Assembly (NCBI RefSeq): GCF_037042905.1
Contig: NC_087248.1
Coordinates: forward strand, 3,410,001-3,474,000
DNA length: 64,000 nucleotides
Source of the DNA: Lytechinus pictus
Lineage: Eukaryota
Direction: 5' to 3'
This document shows, one piece after another, positions 39,066-64,000 of the stretch. The position numbers were made by a program, and so were the translations under genes. How positions within the stretch are numbered: position 1 is the first letter of the stretch; each line of letters begins with the position of its first letter. The notes beneath the pieces are model-generated. The model saw only the letters and a list, made by a program, of their open reading frames with translations. It had not been told where the DNA came from and searched no databases.

Positions 39066-39234
39066 CAGGGGCGGATCCATGTTTGACTATAGTATACAGG
39101 GGGTGGGGGTCGGTGTGGCTAGTTTAAACTATTTCTGCCGAGTAAAAAAAATGAAGGTTACCACCACAAAAGCACCCCCAGAAAAAATGACAAAAAGTGG
39201 GTCTCACACCCCTCCCCCCTCAAATCCGCCTCTG
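39066..39234. mobile_element. Short hAT-like MITE with 8-bp TSD (7/8 match)
   Basis: atattacc|caggggcggatcc ... aaatccgcctctg|atattaca. Confidence 0.7.
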
Positions 39235-40479
39235 ATATTACACTACCTTTTTACTGTAGGCCTAAATGAAAATATAACTTTACCATGTGCAGGTCTAGTA
39301 CTGTAGTATGGAGATAATACTTGGCTGATGTCCATGCGCATTTTTATAGTTCACGTTTCAGTTCATTGTTTGGGATTTCCCCTTCAAAACAATCATTATT
39401 TCTCTATAAATCTGCAACAGCGCCATCACCACTTCTCTGTCAATTTTACGCCAGTCCCCAACAAATTCGAAAATTTTAAACAACGTCTGAATTAATACGC
39501 ATACACAGATCATGATATTTTTTATGTGCATCTTATGAATGGTGCTTGCACTTAATGATATAATTTTGATGATGAAAATAATTCTAAAACAATCTACTTA
39601 GATTTGAAAAGATACGTACTTGTGAGAGGGGTGCACTCAATATTATGTATATATCCCTATAATATATGTCATAATACTGTTGTAATTATGACAATGATCT
39701 AGTAATTTTTGATAAAAAAAATAATCAGTTTCAAGTAGGACAAGGTTAATTTTCACATTTGAGTAGATTGTTTTAGTCTGTTTTTCAGATTAAATGGCGG
39801 CTGGAACTGGAAATCTTCTTTTGAGAGTGCTGTCTGTGTCATATTTGAAGCCCATGCCTCGATCTTTACACACTAAAGAAAACATTATGATGAAATGATA
39901 TCATCATGGATATCTCTCCTCATTGTAACGTGTCAAAGTGCGTTCAATATCATAGCGTATTCTTATATCATAGACTGTGTGTAATCATTATGATATTTGC
40001 TTGAAGGTCACATAAAAAACAATAGAATTGCCACATTTTGCAAAGCCCTGAAATGACGTCATTGTCATAAACCTGCCCTGACTGTCATTTTCGACGGGGT
40101 AGGTGGAGAGGGGGTGGGGCTACGAAAGGGGGAACGCATGGTTACCAGGATTCCACTCACTATCGGTGTGAATATCACATCAGATTCTTTGTCAATTCGA
40201 CGGTTTTATCACGAGCTGACAGTTTTTGGAGACCTACATGACCGAGGTACCGTAGTACACCAAACAACAAATTTAGTCGCGAAATCAGGAGAGGCGCCAG
40301 AGGGGGTGGGGTAGAAGGTGACCGACCCCTATATTTTTTCTAATGGTGAAAGAAGAGAAAATGAAGAAAAGGAGAAAGAAGGCTCCTCTTCCATAAAACA
40401 TTTTGAAGGACAAAAATCTTCTGAGGGCGACTGTGACAAAACAAAATTATATGACAATGAAAATACAATGCCCTGAATG

Positions 40480-40750
40480 TTGGGTCGTGGTCTAATGGTT
40501 AAGACTCTAGTCTTTCAATTTGAGGGATGTGGGTTCGATTCCCAGCCAAGGCGTGTTTTTCTTCAGCAAGAAATTTACCCACAATGTGCTGCACTCGACC
40601 CAGGTGAGGTACATGGGTACCGGCAGGAAGTAACTCAAAAACCTGTGAGCACCGGAATAGATAGACTAGCTTAACCGGGGTAATATAGGAACGCATTGAG
40701 AAACTAACAAGGTGGGTACGTGCGCTATACAAATCATAATTATTTTATAA
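40480..40750 (+). mobile_element. tRNA-derived SINE with L2-like 3' tail
   Basis: A box tggtctaatggtt, B box gggttcgattccc, core shared with 44000-44288, tail gcgctatacaaatcataattatt. Confidence 0.8.
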
Positions 40751-41878
40751 AAGAATTAAAAAAAACAAATCAATCAATATTAATCAACACATGATAAATA
40801 AAGAACAAATAAATTACCAAATAGCAGCGCATTTTCTTCCTTTTACTTTTCTTTTATTTTTTTTTGAGCGGCGCCTTCGGCGCCGCTCAAATATTAGGGG
40901 GCGCGCGACCCCTGCGCCACCCCCCTGGATCCGCCACTGACTATCAACATGATCAAGTAGAACAGGTAGTTGATAGGCAACGGGAGAGATGTGTTGGCCA
41001 ATCAAGATCAATTATTTATTATAAAAAGGTTGCATTATATCTATCACTGTTCATTATCCGTCCGTAATATTGCATCATCGTTGGAATTTTTTTTAAAGTT
41101 GTAATTTTCATCATTATCAATATCAGTATTGAAAGTATATCATCCATTATCATTATCATTATCACCATTATACATATGGTAGATTTCAAATGATCTCATG
41201 CCAGCATGGTATACATAGTATTTATATACGACTTTTTTATATGAACTTGCCCAGAGCGCCATGCTCTCCAAGTGCTATATAACTAAAGAGGATATATTAC
41301 AGACATCACCATGTAGAATCATATTCAACTTCGAATAAATCAACTGAACACCGAGTTATTAGGTCTATGGTAAAATAAATCATTATATTGTTTTGAAGAA
41401 AGTTCAAGTGTAATTTCTTTTCATGGAAATCTCAGCATGTCAGTCATGAAGAAATCACTTTTCTCTGAAACGGTGGTTCAACTTATTTCCTCAAGTTATT
41501 AAATATTTGAATATTGGGTATGCTGGTCTTACTGGTAAGATTAATGTACCTGGTCGATACCATTGCCAAACATAATTAGTATCTATAATGTATTCATTGT
41601 ATGCATAACCCAAATATCTATTGTACACACCAAGAACTGACGATCACCCCCATTCTCACCCGGTTTCACAAACCGAACGCGTTTCCTGATTCTTTCCACT
41701 GCTACAAATAGGCAAATCAAATGTCTAATATAAAATTGGCGGAGCACCTGTAATAATAGCAAGTTTTCGCCATCGCGACGGGAATGGATTCTACAACATA
41801 GTAAATCTATTGAAAATGCCTGTCAAATCACAATAAACAGCTGAGAGGTCTTTGTCGAAAATTGGTGGATCGGGACAG

Positions 41879-42041
41879 CCGGGGAGCGTTTCATGAAAGG
41901 ACTTGTCGGACGTTTTATCCGACAAGTCCCATTTTATCCGACAGTTACCATAGTAACAGTACCTCTCAGCCAATCAAAATCAGAGAAAGATGTCAGATCT
42001 GACAACTTGTCGGATGAAAATGTTGATGAAACACTCCCCAG
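41879..42041 (+). mobile_element. X-box/CCAAT MITE (best-preserved copy)
   Basis: ccggggagcgtttcatgaa ... gatgaaacactccccag; contains gttaccatagtaac and agccaatca. Confidence 0.85.
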
Positions 42042-42839
42042 ATCGTCGTAAGAATCGGAGCTGACGAAAAATTGTAAATATGTCATTCGTCCAGAGTCCA
42101 GGAAACTGCTGTTTTCATTCACCGATTTTCTAAAAAAAAAATTAATTAATTAATAGTTTTGAAAATAGATTTTCAACGTCCCAGAAAACGTCTGCGTAGT
42201 GGTTGGGAAAACTCCCTTGTACCCTAGTTATACACAAGTGAAACGAACTCCAGGGATCCGTTTCGTAAAGAGTTTCAGCTTTTGTAACTTTGCCATTATG
42301 TCAACTACCATGGCAACAAATCGAAGAAATTTCAAGCTTATTCTTTTTTAACAATTATTTTGACCCCTTGAAATAAAGTTACTTAGCTTATTCAGGACAA
42401 GCAAAGTAATGAAATTGAATTACCGAAGTCATTGGGTTGGAATTACTGCTTCAAAACAGATCAACAAATTTCCTCTGACATGCATGACAAAATATTGCGA
42501 AAAGATAAATAGAGAGAGCATTTTGATGAATCAGATCAGGTCATTAAGTTTTAAACTCATGATTTTCCTAACTTATTTTCTCGTTATTTTTTATAAACAA
42601 GATAACCAGATGATTTTTTTAAGTATAGAGCCACACCATTTATGTTTCTCGGTAAAAGTAATGTTGTTCCTTAATTTAAAAAGAATGAAAAATTCTAAAC
42701 CGTTTTTAATCAAGTTTATGTACATTTGGATAAAGTAGATTGTGGTTCAATATATTTTATTTCCGAGACGTCGGTTTTATCAGTTGTAAAATAATTCTAC
42801 CTGCATGATTTTTTTTGAATAAATCTTAAACATATCAAA

Positions 42840-44613
42840 CAGTGGCGTAACTACGGGGGGCATGGGGGGGCACGTGCCCCCCCCCCCAATCGGCTGGCAA
42901 AAAAAAAAAAAAAAAAACGGGGAAAAGGAGAAAAAAGGGAATAAGGAAGAGTAACGTAGTGGGGAAAGAATTATTGTTCATTATAATGTTATATTATATA
43001 GTGTTATATTACATATTAAGAAGCATTTTTTCATAACTTTATGAAACATTATTTGCTTCATTGTGTCTTCATTGTTCCTGGTGCTCGCATAGACTGTTTA
43101 ACGAGATATATAATACTGTTGTACTAAAACCTCCCGTTTTCAAATCAATATACAACAAATATATTTTTCCTCGCAATTCGAGTTATTATTGTTTTATGTA
43201 GTGACATATTCTTCTTTTTCATGACTACTTAAAGTCATTGCCCTATTGTAAGGTCTTAATATAAAACATTTCCTGTCCGTGCTAACGTTCGCATTAGTGG
43301 ATTGGTGAGATTTCTGCTCTTCATGAACTCCTAAAATCAGTCCTTAAAATGACGATTTTTCTGATCTGAATATCAAAATTTTTCAGCTCGCGCTTCGCGC
43401 TCGCATCATTTGGTTAGTGAAATACGTAGGGTCTTAGTGAATTCCTACAAACAAGCCTTAGAATGCCCCTCTTCAGGTCTGAATTTCCTAAATTTTCAGC
43501 TCGCGCTTCGCGCTCGCAGTATTTGATTAGTGAGATGCGTATGATAATCATGATTACAATGACTTCAAAAAGTGCGTTATGTGTTTAGATGTAATTCTAA
43601 TTTCTAACAAAATCAGCAAGCGCTTGGCACTCGCATTAGATGACTATGGTGAGATATGTATACTCTTGATGGATTCCTAAAAAACATAGTCCTTAAAATA
43701 TCCATGTTTGGGGTCAATATATACAAAATTTTCAGCTTGCGCTTCGCGCTCGCATTATTTGGTTAGTGAAATACGTTCGGTCTTAGGGAATTCCTACAAA
43801 CAAGCCTTAGAATGCATCTCTTCAGGTCTGAATTTCCTAAATTTTCAGCTAGCGCTTCGCACTTGCAGTATATGATTAGTAAGATGCGTATGATAATCAT
43901 GATTACAATGACTACAATAGGTGCTTCATGATCTGTGTTTAGATGTAATTCTAACAAAATGGCACTAGCATTAGATGACTATGGTGAGATATTTATACTA
44001 TAATAATAATAATATAGGTATATTTACCCAGGGTAGCCACTTCAGTTTCGAAAACTGTTCTACCAGCGGGCCCTGCTATAATTATTACCCCGGCTTTAGC
44101 TGAGCTGCCTAGGCGCTCAAGCATTCAAGGAATTTCTTCCTACCGGGTACCCATTCACCTCACCTGGGTTGAGTGCAGCACAATGTGGATGAGTTTCATG
44201 CTGAAGGAAATTACGCCATGGCTGGGATTCGAACCCACGACCCTCTGTTTCAAAGTCAGAAGACTAATCCACTGGGCCACAACGCTCCACTCTTAATGGA
44301 TTCTAAAATATAGTCCTTAAAATTTTCCTTCGCGCTCGCATTGTTTGTTTAGCGAGACAGTTATGTATCATGACTACAAAAAATTGCTTATAATGTCCCT
44401 TTTTAGCTCTGAATATAAAAAATTTTCAGCTCGCGCTTCGCGCTCGCACTATTTAATCAGTGAGATACATATCCGTTTAATGGTACTGCATGTCCTTAAA
44501 ATATTTCTATTAGGTCAGTATACCTGACAACTGAGCGCGCTTCGCGCGCTCCCTAAGTGACTCGAAATTTTTGCTGGTGCCCCCCCAATGCCGTGATCCA
44601 CGGTACGCCACTG
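42840..44613 (-). mobile_element. hAT non-autonomous element (CAGTGGCGTA TIR), 8-bp TSD ATATCAAA, with internal duplication and nested SINE
   Basis: atatcaaa|cagtggcgta ... tacgccactg|atatcaaa. Confidence 0.92.
44000..44288 (-). mobile_element. tRNA-derived SINE with (ATT)n tail, nested in the hAT element
   Basis: Minus strand ggagcgttgtggcccagtggattag ... gggttcgaatccc (A/B boxes), conserved core, (att)n tail; the host sequence resumes at actcttaatgg. Confidence 0.88.
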
Positions 44614-46288
44614 ATATCAAAGAAGGCTTAGAATCTCAGGGATTCTCAAATGGTGGCGCGCGCGCCACTTGTGGCGCACCGAGCCTTGCGGAGTGGCGCT
44701 TGGGAGCAGGTATAAAAAAAAAAAAAGAACGTAAAAATAAGGAAAAATTGGTGAGAAAAAATGTATCTACCAGTAACCTGGAAATAAGGATTTGGTGATC
44801 ATTTTAATACAAAGAGAAAACAAAAACTCTTTACTTGACACTTAATTGCTAATTGATTTCCTCAAATTTTGTCCAATTTAGCACTTGATAACCCCTATTA
44901 TGGAGGGTCGATGGTGCATGTTCTCCTTTTTATTTATTCTATGCTGTACAAAGTTAATGTTCCACACAAGTGATTTGAAAACCCCGTTTGTAGGATTTCT
45001 CTTTCAACGGCGAGAAATTTTCCATTTCCAGAGTATACGTTTTGGTTAAGAGTTAAACATCAAATAATATGATATTCAAAGTACATCTGGATCATAAAAG
45101 ATTATGAATTTGGGACATAACAAGCAGAAACTTTGTTTCCGGAGCCGATTAAAATCCGAAGTTGTAAAAGTGAAATACATGTATGGTCAGATGTATTGCC
45201 TGCTGTGATTGCCTGCATGCACTCTTGCTTAACACGAGTTGTAGAGAGAGAGATCTATCGAGAGGGGCAGTTTGGGGCGTTAGTGCAGTGCAACGCCTAA
45301 TTTTCAGCCCTTGCAAAATCGGGGAACGTAACTTCAGCCACTGGCGTACAGATGGGGGTGGGGATTGGGGGCCCCCCAAGTGTTTCACGGCCAAGAAAAA
45401 AAAGGAAAATAGGAAAGAAAAGGAAAGGGAAAGAGTGGAACATTGTATTATTTTCTTAATATTATGTCAAAATATAGATTTTTGTATTGAAAAGTTCAAT
45501 ATTTTTGCTTCAGCTGCCATATCTTGCCCCCTCATTTTTTTTTACTCATTACGCCACTTTCTTCAGCCAATAGGTCTGGTGCAAAACAGTTTGAACTAGT
45601 GGTATCATTGGTATGTTGTGAAAAAGTCACTGGTAATTTTTCTTTTAATATTCATATTGTGTAGTTTGTTGGCATTTGTATTTCTTCTGTTGATATTAAT
45701 TAGAGCCCCTCTGGGCAATTTAAAAGGCCTCATATTCCAAAACTTCTGGGGGCTCTGCCCCCTCGACCCCCACCAGGGGCCTCTGGACCCCCTCAGCTGA
45801 TACATTGCTGGTTTGCGTAATGGATAGTGCGGGGGATAGTAGACTAAGTGGAGCATTACAGATTCTTAACAAGAAATGTGGCGCTTCAAAAAAAGTAATT
45901 GAGAATGGCTGGCTTAGATAATCAGTACAATGATTCTCAAGTACGTGGAAACAAGATAGAGCTCACAAATGCAATGATCACACCCTTAAAATTTTGTTGA
46001 ATACAAAACAAAAACCCAGATGAAAATACTATATACAAACAGTTTCTGAGCGGATTAGAACAAATCATTAGCATGATAAGCTTTTTGTTCTTCACAACAA
46101 GAAAGGCTAACATATATTTCATGCTGGTAGCACATTTCCACAGCAGCACCTGACAAAAAGGGTGATTGGACAATGCTCGTTGTATCTTTTTTTGCTTTTA
46201 TGGCCGTACTTCAAACAAAGGTTTGTTGCATCAACCGATTTTTAAATCTGACACCATCATTATTCATCGCCTCGACGTTTCACTTGGA

Positions 46289-46389
46289 GTTACTATGGTT
46301 CACGCCCTGTTCCTAGGTAACATGTAGTCATCCACGAAGCAGACGACAGCGTGTATCGATATAAATCCCCGATAGCCACCGATCATTCC
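46289..46389 (+). promoter_or_regulatory. Putative alpha-tubulin core promoter: two RFX X-box-like motifs, TATA box and Inr
   Basis: gttactatgg (46289), gttcctaggtaac (46309-46321), TATAAA (46360-46365), Inr-like TCATTC (46383-46388); about 270-370 bp upstream of the ATG exon. Confidence 0.5.
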
Positions 46390-46654
46390 ACTACATGGTC
46401 TCACCAGAACTCCTTGATTGTTTGGCCGTGAGAGTTCTCTCAACAATTTTCAAAATCTTCTCCTGTAAGCAGCGCTTGAAACACTGATATATCAAATAAG
46501 ACAAGTATTGCTTCTGAAAAAGAGAAATATCAGGTTTTCGATGAAAGAGTGAATGATTTTGGAGGAAATATAAAATAAGTTGATGTTTATCAGTGCTTCG
46601 TCGTTAATTTGACACCACTTCTTAGAATAGATCCTTTTCATCGAAACTCACAAA

Positions 46655-61251
<14,597 letters not shown>

Positions 61252-64000
61252 ATAAAAAACATTTCTCTCTGTAGATGTATGCATGCGATATTAATTTATT
61301 GAAGTTTTGAAATTATATTATGGAGGCACAAGGAGACTCTTTTTCTGCATTCCCTAGTGCCTTACATCTTTCTTTTGCTACTCCTTTTAAATCACTGTTC
61401 GTTAAAGTAATATTTATATTTTCTTTTGTAATACTGAATACATTTTAGAAAGAGTTTTCATCCAACTTAATCATACTCTGAAATTCCATGAGTAAATTTG
61501 TAGTGCGGAAGACCAGACCGCCACGGCCGAGGTCAGATTGTCCGTGGAAAATGTCAAGGACCGAAGGCCAATCACTTTACAGCTCCTCTGCCAAGTGCGA
61601 GGCCAATCAGACTACAAGTAGTCATCCGAGACCAAATGCAGGAATAAGGATGTTATCTTCGAGAGTCACAACGCTGAGACCATGCCAAATCTCGAAAAGA
61701 ACTATGAATTAACCTGCAGGAGGGGTGGTGGATCTATACCGCCTTTGAGATTGGGAGGATGTTAACCACATTTGCGCAATTATCACTTTATATGCGATTT
61801 GGATAGTTGTGAGGGCCGGTGTGAGGGATAAACAGGTTTGCTTATGCTGTAAAATATATAAGCATAATCAAGAATTGACGGAAGCTCTCCAACGTTACAA
61901 GTTGAGAGCATGGCGGGGGCAAACCAAAACAAAAAGGAATTATGTTAAATTCTGAATCATCAGAAATCTTCAATCTTTCCCTCACTTTCCTCAATCGAAA
62001 GGCTTAGAGGTCTATTAAGAAATAAAATTTGAGCAAAAAGTCATATTCCTAAAGGGTTACACAAGAATACCATACCATATATATAGGTTGGAGAAACCAA
62101 TTCCTTGCCTGAGTGTGATAAATTATTCCTTTTCGAACTGCCTCATCATGGCAAAGTTTGGGTTTCTTTTTAGTTTCTTAACAATGGTATTCCTAACCCT
62201 CAGCCATTTCTTTATTATTTAAGATTTTTTTTCTTCTAAAGAACAGCTTTATTAAATCGTGTTTATAACAATGATTTTATCGTAGATTATATCTTATTCT
62301 TGTCTGAAATAATATTGATGTCTGTATCCTTGCTATTATTTGTTCATCCATTCTAGTTTGCAATCGCATATATATTTTTTTTCGTTCTTAGATATTTTGT
62401 AGTTTTACTTATTAAATCTCCTTGTAAACAATGACCCCTCCCTTATCTCTTAATATTAGTGGTAGAAACATAGGAATTTATTTAGTAAATTATTTCATAA
62501 CATTCCATAAATTACCTGTTTTAGAGCAATCTAAACGCTTTTTTTTTAGGGAGCGCCCCATGTCTGTACATATTCTTATACAAAAAAATCATTAGACTGT
62601 TTTGTAAATGATGAATCATGGTAAGAATTTTTTGCTGAAAAAAACGTATATTGTTTTTGTTCAGAATTCAATAAAGCCAATACCTTGGAAATCATATATA
62701 TTACATGAAAATAATGATCTGACTACGTACGCTGACAATAACAAATCAAACATTCGATGTGCCCAAAGTTTACATTTATTTCGGCATGACATTTTATGCG
62801 AAAGAGATATAACAATCAGAATATTCTTACCTCCTAACTTCAATTTCTCTTTTTAATGCCTTTTATATTTATTTGTCGATATTATTTAAATTTGATTTGT
62901 TTGAATGTACCGCTTGACAATCGATAGGATCTTTGTGTTAACTATCATCTAATAAGTAGAATCTGTTGCGAAAAGGAAAAAAAAACCGCTTTCTTTTCAA
63001 ATTTTGCATGATTTGGTATGTTTGCTTACAACTCACAAGAGCTGCTCTGATGATACATTGTATGTCTTTTTTTACTAATAAAGCTATCCACGTTTTCATC
63101 ATTGATACATTCAAACTGATTTCATTATTCTGTTTCAATTATTTCCGTATATGAGTACAAATATGTACCGCACATCAGGAGCGGGTCCACGAGGGCCACC
63201 CACCCCCCCCCAAAAAAAAATGAACAGATGAATAAAGGGAGAGAGGTAGAGTGTTTGGGGGGGGGGCAGAGCAAAGCCACCTGTTTCACTTTTCTTTCAC
63301 CGACACTAAATTGGCAATGAATGCCTACTTCTGGCTGTTGGACAATTTTACCTTGGAAATCACAATTGATCAGTAAACATTGACAGAAAGTTTTATGCAA
63401 GAGACCAATCTGAATATAAGAACAGAAGGAAGATCAAAAGAGAGAGAGAGAGGAAGAAGACAGATGTTTTGTTCATATACTACTTAAATATATTCTTGAC
63501 ATTCTTTCTTATAAACAATGAACATATATATCTCCCTTTCGTTTCCCTCCTCTCCTTTTCACCCCCTTCTCTCTCTCTTTCACTCTCTCCATCTCTCGTA
63601 TCCCTTCTTCCCCCTCTCCCTTTCCTTTCCTTTTCTCTCTTTTCCTACTTTTTATTTTTTATTTGATAAACCTAAAGAGTAACCACATCCAGAAATATAA
63701 ATCTGATTCGCTTCAAAGAGTTTCTTTTCATCATTTTATTTTCATTTATTGGGTCACAGGACCAACATATTTCCATTTTCTACAGATAGAAGTAGATACG
63801 GCTCTGAGAAGAAAAAACAAAAATACAAACTAATCGTTTGTACATCATTTTGTCACATTTGTAAAAAAAAAAAAAAAAACAATACAAGACAAATATCTGA
63901 TCACGAAGGTTTTACAGATGATGGCTTGTCTCAATAGTCATTCAATAGAAATTGGATTTAAATGGTATACTGACTGCATAGTAGAAATTAAGATGCATGG

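Noticed and set aside
40480-40555. tRNA gene (also 44215-44288 on the minus strand)
   Set aside because: A/B boxes are present but there is no proper acceptor stem, and both run into a shared SINE core and tail.
44637-45911. Possible hAT-Charlie-like element (cagggattctcaa ... ttgagaatggctg)
   Set aside because: TIR is short and imperfect and the TSD is not in register, so it cannot be supported.

Overview
Eukaryotic, AT-rich, intron-rich animal genomic DNA; the gene and repeat content suggests a marine invertebrate, probably an echinoderm (inference). Four spliced genes were reconstructed by hand with GT-AG introns and consistent phases: two tandem 7-exon, 505-aa cytochrome P450 paralogs of the CYP4 clan (+, 3597-11773 and 15742-22496), an 8-exon, 366-aa uronyl/heparan-sulfate 2-O-sulfotransferase-family gene (-, 26821-38008), and a divergent 4-exon, 452-aa alpha-tubulin (+, 46655-61251) with an 11-kb second intron. 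Introns and intergenic DNA are full of non-autonomous transposons, many with readable TIRs and TSDs (hAT, Harbinger-like, EnSpm/CACTA, Tc1/mariner, Kolobok-like, Helentron-like), plus tRNA-headed SINEs, LINE remnants and one 379-bp assembly gap. Most notable: (1) a ~418-bp near-perfect palindrome in CYP-2 intron 3 whose arms each carry a Penelope-type minimal hammerhead-ribozyme motif; (2) a Helentron-like insertion that places four DR1+DR4 nuclear-receptor cassettes upstream of CYP-2 only, with its empty site preserved next to it; (3) a MITE family carrying an RFX X-box plus CCAAT module; (4) GCGAAGC-type mini-hairpins spaced ~110 bp apart in hAT-like elements with different termini. No CRISPR array, rRNA or true tRNA gene was seen. 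No wholly new system is proven; these are testable leads.
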